DNA of 64,000 nt from the human T2T-CHM13v2.0 reference genome, Homo sapiens. Positions within the stretch are counted from its first letter, which is position 1. Each line of letters starts with the position of its first letter. The stretch is from assembly GCF_009914755.1 (NCBI RefSeq), contig NC_060940.1. One strand, 5' to 3'. The notes under the pieces are model-generated. The model ran no database searches, was not told the origin of the DNA, and saw nothing but the letters and a program-made list of their open reading frames with translations. This document shows, piece after piece, positions 46,229-60,447 of the stretch. Both the position numbers and the translations under genes were made by a program.

Positions 46229-47327
46229 GATGACATCCTCAAAGTCACTGGGAAGCATGGCAACGGAGGCTGAGATGCTCAAGGCCATCCTCGAGGCTCC
46301 TCCCCACAAAGGGTAAAGACCTGGGTTCTCCCTGGCCTTTCTGGGCAGAATGAGAGTCCCCAGAGGTTCTGGTGCTGTTGGAAGGATCCTAAGCATCAAG
46401 GGAAGGGGTGTGGACAACTCCAGGCCTCCAGCACTGAGAGCAGGAGGGAAGCCCTGCTCCCTCCTCATTACACTGTGGAAAACAGAAAACTCAATTTATT
46501 TAAGAATAAACAGGCTTTAACCTGAAGTTCATTCTCCCGCTCCATGATGCTTTAGCATCTACATGCAACCGCAGCTGCCAGCATCATGCCCCGGTTGCAC
46601 AGTCCGAAGGACCTATATTGGAAAAATAATGGCATTTTCTCAACAAATTATCTCACAGCTGAAGTAATAACTTGTTTAAAGATACGCCAATTCAGATTTT
46701 CATCCCCTTAACCTGCCACTAAAAGAAAAGCGGTGTCATCCCCATGGCAAAACAGGAGCAGTTTAATCACTTCTGCACCCCTGTCCTCCGGCCCTCGCCC
46801 CCAACTCCAGCCCCCACCACCACCCACAGCTGCACGTTTATTAATTTTAAGCCATTGACAGAGTCTCTTTGGAAACCATGTTTTTTTACTTCTCAGGTCA
46901 ACATCCTCCAGCTCTGTTATAATAAAGTACACACTGCCAGAGATAAAGCAAATATTTCTTTGGGAAAGGAAAACAAAATAGAGTGGCTGTGTTTTCAACA
47001 CAATCGCTAAGGATCCAGCCAGCGGACTTCTTCTCCAACAGCAGCCATCAGGCTAACTGGCCCTCACCAGGCTTCTCATTTATTTGGCAACAAGGAAATC
47101 ACAGCTTCAAACTCTCTCCTGGCAACAGCAGCTTTCTCAGTCTTCGGCCAGGTAGACAGGAAGGACAGGGGCTGACAGTGAAAGGAATGCTGGGAGACAC
47201 ATCAAGCATTCAATCAACAAACAGTGGGTGCAGCTGACCCTGTGCCTGGCACTATGCTAGATTCTAGGTACCTCAGTGACTAACACAAATTATAGTACCT
47301 ACTGTCCCCAAAGAACTTGCAGTTTAG

Positions 47328-47620
47328 GGGCTGGGCGCCATGGCTCACACCTGTAATCCCAGCACTTTGGGAGGCCAAGGTGGGCAGATTATTTGAGGTC
47401 AGGAGTTTGAGACCAGCTAGCCAACATGGTAAAACCCTGTCTCTACTAAAAATACAAAAATTAGCTGGGAGTGGTGGCACGCGCCTGTAATCCCAGCTAC
47501 TTAGGAGGCTGAGGCATGAGAATCACTTGAACCTGGGAGGCGGAGGTTACAGTGAGCTGAGATCATGCCATCACACTCCAGCCTGGGTGACAGAAAGAGA
47601 CTCCATCTCAAAAAAAAAGA
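47328..47620 (+). mobile_element. Alu (S-type) inserted in a minus-strand L2 (about 47200-47870)
   Basis: TSD aacttgcagtttagg on both sides. Confidence 0.94.
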
Positions 47621-47626
47621 AAGAGA

Positions 47627-47698
47627 GGGAGGGAGGGAGGGAGGGAGGGAGGGAGGAAGGAAGGAAGGAAGGAAGGAAGGAAGGAAGGAAGGAAGGAA
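47627..47698 (+). repeat. (GGGA)7(GGAA)11 compound microsatellite in Alu tail
   Basis: Counted directly from sequence. Confidence 0.95.
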
Positions 47699-47964
47699 CG
47701 AACTAACTTGCAGTTTAGGAGGAGACACAGGCAATGAATCAACCCATCAACCTTCAAAGTCAGCTTGTAATGAAAGCCACGAGTGAAAGAAACAAGGTGT
47801 GGAGTTAGAGCGAGGAAGGCCAGCCGGAGGAGGGGACACCTGATCTGAAGTTTGAAGGACAAACGGGAATCAACCCTATATTGGGAAAGTAGTAACCCTA
47901 TACTGGGAAGAGGAAAAAAGGGGAAGAAAAACAGAAGTAACAGCCAGGGGGATGACATAATCCA

Positions 47965-48002
47965 GCTCTCTCTCCTCTGTCTCTCTGTCTCACTCTCTCT
48001 TT

Positions 48003-48033
<31 letters not shown>
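47965..48033. repeat. (CT)-rich tract followed by (CA)n
   Basis: Read directly from sequence. Confidence 0.9.
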
Positions 48034-48559
48034 CTGTCTACAATCTATTCTTCAGAGTCAATTCTTTAACATTAGTGTTTGACAAAATGCAACTCTCCCT
48101 GGAATGAATTCCAATCAGCCCCAGCTCAGTGTGGATGAGTTTTTTCAGAGATCATGGCTGGAAAGCTTGCAAGGGAGATGATAGCACATAGGGACACTGG
48201 GCCCTTGGGCTGGAGGATGTTACAAAGGAAAAGGGACGAGGAAGCAAGGGAAACGGACTTCAGATCAATTTCCAAAACTTCCACCATTCTGCCTTGAGGT
48301 TGCTGGGAATGGAGCCACCCGGGGTGGGAGAGTCTTCCAGAAAAGCCAGACGGACTTCCTGCAAGTTCAATCTCTGCCTAAATTTATACAGAGAGATATA
48401 CTTATGGGCACATATTTAGCATTTGCAAGCTGAAGTTGTGGAAATGGCACAAGAACTGGCCAGGGCAACTTTGAGCTTACCGATGTAACTATGTGTAGTG
48501 TTCTGCAACTGAGTTTTTTGAGGAAAGGGATGGCTTCTTCAACATCCTTTTCTATGTTC

Positions 48560-48750
48560 CCGGGCAGGTAATTTAACCTCTCTTTGTCTCTGTTCCTATA
48601 TCTGTAAAATGGGAATAACATCATCCCCACCTCAAGGAGCTGGGAGGGGTAAATTTTAAAATGTATGCTAAGCACTCAGATAATGCCTGGCCTAGTTGTT
48701 CAATGAAGGGTTAGTGGCTATGGTTATTATTATTATTATTATTATTATTA
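48560..48750 (+). mobile_element. MIR with (TTA)n tail
   Basis: atctgtaaaatgggaataacatcatccccacctc. Confidence 0.8.
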
Positions 48751-49033
48751 TATCAACTTCCACAACATTTAGGAGCACTAAACATTTATGGAATGTTTCT
48801 TGGCCAGTCAGCTCCTGCTTAAAAAATTATTACAGAAATAATTAGAAAATAAAATAAAAGCCATAGGCCCAAAGATATTTACAACATTATTTATTTAGAA
48901 TATCAACAAAAATCTAAATGTTCAACAATTGAGCAATGGTGACATTAAATAAGGTGCATCAACGCAGTGGTGAATTATGCGCTAATTAGCAGGATCAGCA
49001 GAGAGATGACAGAAAAGCTTTAAAAGTGTTTCT

Positions 49034-49350
49034 AGGCTGAGCGTGGTGGCTCACGCCTGTAATCCCAACACTTCGGGAGGCTGAGGCAGGTGAATAGCTT
49101 GAGCCCAGGAGTTGGAGACCAGCCTGGACAACATAGCAAAGCCCTGTTTCTACAAAAAAAAAACACACACACACACACACAAAAAGTTAGCCGGGCATGG
49201 TGGTGCACACCTGTAGTCCCAGCCAACCAGGAGACTGAGGCACAAGGGTCCCTTGAGCCGGTGAGGTCAAGGCTGCAGTGAGCCGTCATTGCCCCACTGT
49301 ACTCCAGCCTGGGCAACGGAGACCTTGTCTCAAAAACAAAAACAAAAAAA
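49034..49350 (+). mobile_element. AluJ with (CA)n in linker, inside an old L1M fragment (about 48830-49545)
   Basis: cttgagcccaggag and gtcaaggctgcagtgagccg (J-type). Confidence 0.88.
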
Positions 49351-49747
49351 AAAAGGGTTTACAAAGCACTATTAAGTGAATATGAAAAAGACGAAGTGTA
49401 CACAGTTTAAAACAATGGGTATAAATACAGAAAGAAACTGAAGATGTGAAAATTGCAGTTGGGTTGGAATGGTGGGTTATGGACAATGTTTTTTAAAAGA
49501 TAGTTTACAACATGAGAAAATACAAAATAAACTGCTTGTGGAAAAAATAGGATTCAAACCTATGAGGGGTTTATTTGGGGGCTGTTGGAGCATACAGTTC
49601 CTCCTTTAAGACATGGACAAAAAGAAGCTCTCTCTCTTGTCTCCATGGCAAACACCTAAATGGAAGGTGAAAATGCCCATCATTAAGCTCTCTTGATATT
49701 GAGCTTGTCTTATTCTACATACATGGGTGTTTGTTTTACTATATCCT

Positions 49748-49987
<240 letters not shown>

Positions 49988-50378
49988 TGATGAATTAATA
50001 GATAAATGAATCACAAAATATTCACCAGGTGCTTATGACATCAAAGGCCTGTGCGGAATGACCATCATCCCAGCTTCCAGAGTGAGGACCTCAAATATGA
50101 AGACGATACACAGAGACAAACAAGTAACTGATGGTAATAAGCCAGCCACAGCTAACACTTACCAATGCTTCCTGCAGGCCAGGGATCACTCTATGGATTT
50201 TATGGGAATACCTCCCTTTAATCCTCATATCCAGCCTTGGATGCAGCTATAGCCATTTGACAGATGAGGAGACACACTCACAAAGGGCAGGCGTCTTGCC
50301 CAAGTCATACAACCAGTAAGCGGCAAAACCTGGCTTTGAACCTACAAATCTTCTGCCAGGGCCCGCGATTTTAACACC

Positions 50379-50745
50379 TGGATTAGTCTGTTTTCACGCT
50401 GCTGATAAAGACATACCAGAGACTGGGTAATTTATCAAGAAAAAAAGGTTTAATGGACTCACAGTTCCAGGTGGCTGGCGAGGCCTCACAATCACGGCAG
50501 AAGGTGAAAGTCACGTCTTACATGGCAACAAACAAGAGAGAATGAGAGAGCTTGTGTAGGGAAACTCCCCTTTATAAAACTATCAGATCTCATGAGAGTC
50601 ACTCACTATCACAAAAACAGCACCAGAAAGACCTGCCCCCATGATTCAATAACCTCCCACCGGGTCCCTCCCACAACACGTGGGGGAATCATGGCAGCTA
50701 CAATTCAAGAAGAGACTTGGGTGTGAACATAGCCAAACTGTATCA
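50379..50745 (-). mobile_element. THE1 solo LTR
   Basis: ttagtctgttttcacgctgctgataaagacatacc...agccaaactgtatca. Confidence 0.9.
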
Positions 50746-51669
50746 CTACTCTACTGCAGAAGAAGAGCCATGAAAGCTGTTCACAGCAGGAGAGGCAAAA
50801 GGCCCTTTCCTCAATGCCCATCTGGGAATACCTCACCCTTGTCTCTTCTCCAGACACAATTCTCCATTGAGAGCCGTCCTCCAAGACCTCAGGTTCATAA
50901 GGGCTAGAAGAGCAGCTTGAAACGCTGGACTTGCCCTTTGGAGCCAGAGGTCAGGCCAGGTGGGAGCCATCCACTAGCAGGTTAGAGACAACGAGATTCT
51001 CTCTGTGCAGTTCAGACCACAGCCACAGAGAATTATTTAAACCCCTCCTGGGAAACCGCAGCAACGTCAGACAGATTCAATGTGCATAACTGTATGTGTG
51101 TGTGTCTATGTGTGGTTGGGGGGGGGCTCAGGGAGGAGGTGTGACAAGCCTGAGTGACCCAGGAGGGACTCAGGGCCCAGGAAGGGTCGGATACTCCTCC
51201 CCCATCCAGGTGGGACACAGCGAGCTGAGCAGCCCCTGATGAAACCAAAAGAGTCTCAGATCCTGTCCCTTTTCCTCCTCAGAACTCAGAGCACTGGATC
51301 CTTTGTTCAGAAAGCAAGAGAAAACACCAACACAATTCCTGCTACAGCTGAGGATGAGGGCGTGGAGCAGGTCACACAGACATACTAGCAAGCCTGCAAA
51401 GTCAAAACCGTAACAGCCACAGTAACTGACACACGTCAACAACTGACCTGGAGCCAGATGTTGCCCCATTTAACCTCCAAGACTCTCCTGTGAGGTGAGA
51501 ACCATGATCATCCCCATTATACAGGTGAGAAAACCAAGGCTGATGGGAATTCATCACATGGTGCATAGGAAGCAAAGCCATGTTTCGAATCCAGGAAGCC
51601 TCTCTGTCTTAGGAAGACACGCACCCACTCATGCATGCAACAACAGATGCACAAGTAACAGTCAGAGTT

Positions 51670-51800
51670 GGCCAGGCACAGGGGCAGTTGCCTGTAATTC
51701 CAACAACTCGGGAGGCTGAGGTGGGAGGACGACTTGAGGTCAGCAGTTCAAGACCAGTTAGAGACCCTGTCTCTAAAAAATAAAAATTTAAAAAGAAAAA
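51670..51800 (+). mobile_element. FLAM/Alu left monomer
   Basis: Single monomer plus A tail; TSD-like acagtcagagtt/acattcagagtt. Confidence 0.8.
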
Positions 51801-52049
51801 CATTCAGAGTTGTGTACATTCACAAAAGGCATGCAAACATAGCATAGGGATAGAAATACAGGCATAAACGTGTGCAGAGAGCTGCAACCACGCGCATCTG
51901 CCCCTCTTCTCCAAATAAGGGCTGCCTCTTTGCACACCTCTGAGAGGTGCCCTCCACACAGAATACAACATACACTTGTAATATTGCCACACACAAGCAC
52001 ATAACTTTCTGGAGGGATGACTCAGATTAGAAAAACAGCATTTAGAGGG

Positions 52050-52700
52050 CCCCTGGTTAATCAAACGGCCTCGCCACCCCGCGCCACCTCTCTACACAGC
52101 TGATGTTGCTGATCAATGTCGCGGCTGTGCAGAGGGGGCATTTGATACCACAAAGGGAGCCAACTCCTGCTGAGGAATGAATGTGGCGCTTGTCAGCTCT
52201 GCCCCAGGCAGCAGCACAACATGATGCCCTGTTTCTCCTGGAATCGGGGCCCTGCGTCCGCTCCAGCCCTCATTTTCATGTCTTTCTTCCCAACAGACAC
52301 AAGGCCGGCTCAGTTCTGGAGAAACAGCGTGGCTGCCAAGGCCCAGTGGAGGGAGAAGGCCTTGAAAAGTCACTTTATAAAGCATCCGTGCTCGCAGCAG
52401 CCAAGCCACGAGGCCGGAGCGGCTGACTTTCCATTCGCCACACACCCCACCCAAAGACGAGAACTCTGCCACAGCCAGCCCTTGTTCTCACCCACTGGGA
52501 GCCCTGGGGAGTTGAAATCACAGGGACAGCAGCAGGGAGCCCTTGGCAGCAAACCCAGCTCCTGGCATCTTCCTCGGGGGCCGTAGCTTGCTGTGGTCAG
52601 CCGAGCCAGTCTGATGCAAGAACTGAATGACGCCCATTCACTGTGGTGCCCTCGTGAGCTGGGAGATGTCCAGGCTGAGGCTGGGGCAGGCAGGCTCTCT
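52050..52700. promoter_or_regulatory. CpG-enriched, GC-rich unique patch (candidate enhancer; below CpG-island threshold)
   Basis: About 24 CpGs in about 600 bp by eye, versus CpG-depleted surroundings; AP-1 site TGACTCA at 52018-52024. Confidence 0.4.
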
Positions 52701-52858
52701 GTCACCTGCAGAGGCTGAGACAACCTCAAGGTAGGAAGAGAACCCAGGGTTGAAGCTAGCAGAAGCCAGGCCCTGGGGCCCCTGATGCATGATGAGAGTG
52801 AAAAGAAGGGCACAGTGATGTAAAGAATTCCTCCATTTCCCCTCCCTGCCCTCAGTTA

Positions 52859-53200
<342 letters not shown>

Positions 53201-53923
53201 AGACTCCACTATTCATGCATTCACATGCTCATTCAACAAATATTACTGAGCACCTACTATATGATGAGTGTTATTGTTTTAGGCACTGGGAGTACATTAG
53301 TCAAATAAATAGTCACCACCTGCATGTAGCTTGTTCTCAAAATTCTCAAGCTCTCCCAACCCTCCCCATAATGAACAGCTGTGTGACTTAGAGCACACTG
53401 CTTCCCCTCTCTGTGCTCCAGTGAGGTCTCTCCCAGGGTTCCTGTGAATCACCATCTGGGATCCAGTAAGCTCCCCCATGGGGCCTAAACTAGACTAAGT
53501 TGGTTTCCGTCACTCACAGCCAGAGGAGTCCTGCCTAAGAAATTGGGAAAGAGAGCGGAGAAGACAAAAAGCAGGTTTGGGAAGGCTGCAGGGAGCTGAT
53601 GAGTCATTTGATCATCTGGAAAGCAGATGGGAAGACAAGTGGAGACCAGGAGGCCCTGGGGAAGAGAAGCTGTGTTCACGCCAACCTTCCCCAGCAGGCC
53701 TCAGAAGCTGGGGGTCAAAAGGGACCACAACGCCCATTTAAACAAGGAGGAAGATGCTGAACAGCTAAAGGGTTAATTCAAAAGAAAAAACAAAAGAAGA
53801 AATGGCCATTTCTTTTCCTTGTTCACTCAATGTTCCTTCAACAAATTATTCTATGTGCTTGGAATATATGAGGCCCTGGGTTGGGTGTGGTATGCAACAG
53901 AAAAATAAAACATAAGAACATAG

Positions 53924-54303
<380 letters not shown>

Positions 54304-54470
54304 TATTTATTCTTATTTTAAAAATTTATATATATGTGTATATATATAAGGGGTATAACACAGCGTTATTTTTAAGGAATAAGAGATATTTTGCTTTTCA
54401 AAGTGCCTGCTAAGCCCAGTGACATACGCTTGGTTAGCAATCACTAAATGTGGACACATTATAAATCCTC

Positions 54471-54597
54471 TATATATTTTATAGAGATGGGGTCTTGCTA
54501 TGTTGCCCAGTATGGACATGCGTTCCTGGGCTCAACTGATCCTCCTGCTCAGCCTCCCATGTGCTGGGATTATAGGCATGAGACAGCAGCACTCAGT
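54471..54597 (-). mobile_element. FLAM/AluJ left monomer
   Basis: atagagatggggtcttgctatgttgcccag...ctgggattataggcatgag. Confidence 0.8.
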
Positions 54598-54768
54598 CTC
54601 TTTGTTTATTTCTCTGCCTGCTCCCCACCCATCTGTGTGACCCCTACTAAAATAACCACTGCATGGTGTTCAAGGAAGAGTATGGCCTTGGGATTCAGGC
54701 AGGTCTGCATTCTAACCCAGGGCCTTCTACCTTCTGGCTATGTGCCCCTGAGCAAGTAACTTGGCCTC

Positions 54769-55167
54769 TGCTATGGCTTAGATGTGTGTCCCCTCCAAAC
54801 CGCATGTTGAAATTTGATCCCCAGTGTTGGAGGTGGGGTCTAATGGGAGGTGTTTGGGTTTTGAGGGTGGATCCCTCATGAATAGATCAATACCCTCCTT
54901 CTATTAGTTCTGCAAGAGCTGGATGTTTACAAACAGTCTGGCCTTCCCCTCCCTCTCTCTTGCTTTCTTGCTTACCTGTAATATCTGCACATGCCAACTC
55001 CCCTTCACCTTCCACTGTGAGTGAAGCTGTCGGAGGCCCTCGCCAGATGCAGATGCCTAATCTTGAACTTACCAGCCATCAGAATCACAAACCAAATAAA
55101 CTTTCTTTCTTTATAAACTACCCAGCATCAGATATTCCTTTATAGTAATACAAAATATACGATGATA
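54769..55167 (+). mobile_element. MST (B/C/D-type) solo LTR inserted in a MIR
   Basis: tgctatggcttagatgtgtgtcccctccaaa...aaactacccagcatcagatattcctttatag; perfect TSD GCCTC. Confidence 0.85.
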
Positions 55168-55507
55168 GCCTCTCAGAGCCTCAATCACCTGCCCTGGAAA
55201 ATGGGTACAACACCGAGTTCTTTTTAAGGAATAAATGATGTTTTGCTTTTCAAAGTGCATGCTAAGTAAGTGCAGTGACATACGCTTGGTAAGCAATCAT
55301 TGAGTGTGAACATATTATAAATTCTCATGAAATCTAAGAGGCAAAGCCCTGGGAATATCACAATATTGATCTTCTAAAGTCAGTATCAGCTTTCTCATGG
55401 CTCAGACTCACTCCTGAGTTTTGTGCTTGGATACTTAACAATTGCTCACTCCTAAATTTCCTAACTAGTTCCAGCTTCAAACTGGAAAAATTCCTCCAGT
55501 GTATTCA

Positions 55508-55880
<373 letters not shown>

Positions 55881-56538
55881 AGTAACGAGTGTTAGATATT
55901 GGTGGGGGTGGCATCAGAAGGACTTTGTGTGACATTCCCAGGTCTGTTCTGAGCGCAAAGGCCAGATTTAGACAGCGTTGAGAACCCAAATGAGGCTCTA
56001 GAAACTGGTCCAAACAATGTGCCCATAATGACACGTGTCAAAACCGAAGAAGGCCTTAGTCAGGGGAAAAAAGATGCAAATTACAAAGACCTTTTTCAGA
56101 GCCACCACCTTCTAAAAGTGAACAGAAGGAGCAGGAAGCTGCCAAAGTGTACCAGAACCTCCTCCTTCGACGCTAGAAAGAGTAACAGGTCAAGCTCCAA
56201 CTTGCAATTCAGTTCTATTTTGAAGTTTACTGGAAAGCAGAAAATAAGAAGGGATTTGAGAGAGGCCGGCAGTTTGAAGGCAAGGAGGAACTGAAATAAA
56301 CACATTAGACCCAAGAACACAAAAGTCCTAGCAGCTTGGACCTGCTATTTCTCGACAGTTCCTCCAGGCTCCTCATGCATAAGCCAATCAGCAATGATGT
56401 GCATATTTCAGCAATGATGTGCATAATATTGATCTTGAACCACAGCGATCTTCCTAGTTCCTTTTGCCAGGAGAAAAGATGGGGGTGGCCACACATTTGA
56501 GAAAGAAAGTCCATTAACATTACCCAAGTTGGTTTTGA

Positions 56539-56961
<423 letters not shown>

Positions 56962-57283
56962 TGATGTATAGGATGCTTGGACAACCAAAGCCAAATGTGG
57001 AGGCTCTGCTGTGGGTGATCATGTCCCAACCACACGGACACTGACCAGCACAGACCCTGTCCCTGCTGCTAATGAGTTCACACTGCCACCACCAGGCACA
57101 GACCCAAATCCTTGACCGCTGCTGGCTGCCCCTTTTGCCAGAATGGATTCTGTACCAGGCTAGTTTCCCCACATAACTTGCTCTTTCAGGAAATCCAAAA
57201 GTATTGATACAAAAGGTGTATTAGAGCCATAAGTGCATAGAGAGAAAAGCGGGTACATTAAGCTTTGATTCTCCACTGCCTGT

Positions 57284-57640
57284 TGTAATAGTTTGTTTTC
57301 ACGTTGCTGATAAAGACACATCCGAGACTGGGCAATTTACAAAAAGAGGTTTATTGGTCTCACAGTTCCATGTGGCTGGAGAGGCCTCACAACCATGGCA
57401 GAAGATGAAAAGCACATCTCACATGGCAGCAGACAAGGGAAGAGAGAGCTTGTGCGGGAAATTTCCCTTTTCAAAACCATCAGATCTCATGAGACTCATT
57501 CACTATCACGAGAACAGCGCAGGAAAGACTCACCCCCATGATTAAATCACCTCCCACTGGGTTCCTCCCACGACATATGGGAATTGTGGGAGTTACAATT
57601 CAAGATGAGATCTGGGTGGGGACACAGCCAAACCATATCA
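57284..57640 (-). mobile_element. THE1 solo LTR
   Basis: tgtaatagtttgttttcacgttgctgataaagac...gacacagccaaaccatatca; perfect TSD CCTGT. Confidence 0.92.
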
Positions 57641-57651
57641 CCTGTCATTAC

Positions 57652-57945
57652 TTTTTTTTTTTTTTTTTTTTGAGATGGAATCTCACTCTGCGGCCCAAGC
57701 TGGAGTGGTGTGATCTTGGCTCACTGCAACCTCTGCCTCCTAGGTTCAAGCGATTATCCTGCCTCAGCCTCCTGAATAGTTTGGATGGCAGGCGTATATC
57801 AGCATGCCCGGCTAATTTTGTATTTTTAGTAGAGACAGGGTTTCACCACGTTGGCCAGGCTGGTCTCAAACTCTTGACCTCAAGCCATCTGTCCACCTCA
57901 GCCTCCCAAAGTGCTGGGATTACAGGCGTGAGCCACCATGCCCAG
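57652..57945 (-). mobile_element. Alu (S-type)
   Basis: TSD cctgtcattactt/cctgccattactt. Confidence 0.93.
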
Positions 57946-58029
57946 CAGCCTGCCATTACTTTCATTAGCACCAGGCTTCTTGCATATTTTACAGATTGCT
58001 GTCAATGGTCTAATAAACAGGTGTGTTAA

Positions 58030-58270
58030 CACATCCAGCAGTAAAGAACCGGGGCCCTCGAACCTGCCTGCCTGGGTCTGAACCCTGCTCCCCAGCCCTT
58101 ACTTGCTGGAAGACCTTGGGCAAATTATTCAACTCCCATCTGAGAATATTATTCATAACAGCACCCACCTCATGGGCCAGTTGTGAAACTTACAGAAGTC
58201 AATTTAAACCAAGGACTGAACATAGTACTTGTAATATGAGTTTGTACAAAAGTATCAGTTGCTATTGTTG
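58030..58270 (+). mobile_element. MIR relic
   Basis: cttacttgctggaagaccttgggcaaatta...ataacagcacccacctcatggg. Confidence 0.7.
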
Positions 58271-60447
58271 ATGTTGATAATAAAAGCTAAAATAACATTA
58301 TAACCCCCTTCATGGTGGTAGTTTCTTCATAAGCTGCCATTAAAGCAAAGAGCTACCTACTTAATACAATTTGCTCCCTAATTAATTAATTATATCTAAA
58401 TTTCATTGTATTGTGTCATTCTGCAAGGAATGCTGCTACTATCACCTTGGGCTGCTAAAAAAATGCCCAGTCACTAAAAAAAATTGCTTAGACGGTATTC
58501 TCTGTCATTTCTCCCAACGAATAGGCAGTTTATTATTTTTTGAAGAAGTCTTTTGGCTGTGACAATGGGGCCTCATAACAATGAATTGAGAACAATCACT
58601 TCCAAACAGCAGCTGAAAACACCCCTTGGTTGCCTCTGAGTTTGGGGGTCACTGATCAAGAGGGTGACTTTTCTGGGACCTCTGATCTCTTAATAGTTGT
58701 AGTTCAACAAGAGCAGTTGTGGTACATTCGGCTTCACCTTCATCGTGGGAGAATGACCAGATGCCTACCTGGTTTTAAACCACAGTCAGGGGCTCCGGAA
58801 ACTGTCCAAGAAGAAACTCCGGTGCCCTGAAGGCCTCTGATGAGCAACAGAGTTACCTTACTGACTGATGGACACAGTTAATTCAGCTGCTAACTCTCAA
58901 ATTCTACTGCTGACTCACAATCCGGCTGCCCATCACTAGGTGGCCCGGAGGCCTAAGGTGAAAAGGATGTTGTCTTTCTCTGGGCACATTTTCAGAAAGC
59001 CCATTTAAACTTCTTGGTGGGGCAAGAGGGGGCATAAAAGGGGGAACAAGATCTTCCACATTGCAATATTCATGTTTTAATTAGCGAGTGTCCAGAACCT
59101 CATATCAACTTGATTTGAAGGGCATGTGTAAGAAGTATACCTACAACTCCTTCTCTGAGCCCCAAAATGGCCCCCAAAAACGCTCCGCACAGCTCCTGGG
59201 GTTGAAGATCCTGGTGAGGTGCAGTTTGTTCTCACAGCCACCGTGCAGCCCAGGTCCATGTGCATGATTCACACGAGAAACTAGGTGAATAGCACTCCTG
59301 GGGGTGCAGAGGTATACAGGGCAGAACCTGGCACACAGCACCAGGTCCACGTGAGGGGGTCCTGGCGCACACACACGTACACAAACACACACAAACCCCA
59401 CACACATACCAAGGATTCCAGAATTCTGGGCTTAACTCAGCCTAGACTCTACCACATTCTTCATTCTGTAGTTAGAGGCCAAAATAAAACTCGTGTAAAC
59501 AGATTAAATACCGTGGTAACCAAATTCAAACCAAACACCAAGGATTGGGTGGGGGGAGGGGAAATAGTCTTACTTTGAAGCATTTGGGGGTGTGGGGGTG
59601 GGGAAGAAAAGAGGTAAAGAGGCTCTAAAGATTCTAAGACATCAAAGTTCTTTTCCTGATTTCCCAGTGGAAACAGGACAGTTTCTTATACTAGGTCTCC
59701 CAGTGGATCACCATCCACCATCTTGGAAGGCAGCCCAACTGACTGAGTCCCAAGGAGACCTAACAGAGATTTACTTTCCCAAACAAGGAATACTTCAATA
59801 AGGGTGTATCTACAGTTAGAGTGCTTAATTCCTTTCCGAGATGTTTTCCTAATGGCAGCACTCCTGGGGAGAGTCAGAAGAATGTGTAACTGGTCAAATC
59901 CTGAACCTGATTTGCAGTCCAGCCCATGTTCACAATGCTCGTATCTGCTGAGCCTCTGACTTCTGCGACCAATATAGGCCAAGTGTGTCTGGAGAGATAA
60001 TACATATAGCCACACTCCCCACCTTTTCCTCAAGACTAGTCCAGACCACAAGCTGGATGAGGTCAAAAACTATGTCTAATTTCTCACCATTGTATGCTCA
60101 GTGCCCAGGCTGGTGCCTGACACGCAGTAGGCAGTCAGTGAATACAGCCCAAAGAGAGGTATGGCCACAGTCATCCTATTTGTGCCCCCGGGACCTGGTA
60201 CTCAAAAAAGAAGTAACATATCTGATGATGGTATACAGGCATGCATCAATGCCACACACTGTGCACTGAGGGGACACTGGGCTGGCTTCACACCCTTCAA
60301 GGACTCTAAGCAGTCATGCTGGGTACCCACACATGAGCAAGGAAGGGGGTGTTCTGTGTGTTTTCATAGATAATGCATTTGTCTATTTGCCATCCATTCA
60401 TCACATGGCTAATTAGTTCAACTACACTTTCTTATTTTTTGTCATCA

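Noticed and set aside
52050-52700. Bona fide CpG-island promoter
   Set aside because: CpG observed/expected is only about 0.5 by rough count, with no clear TSS or first-exon signal; kept only as a candidate enhancer.
57538-58029. Longest ORF (163 aa)
   Set aside because: It runs through a THE1 LTR end and an antisense Alu, so it is a repeat artefact.
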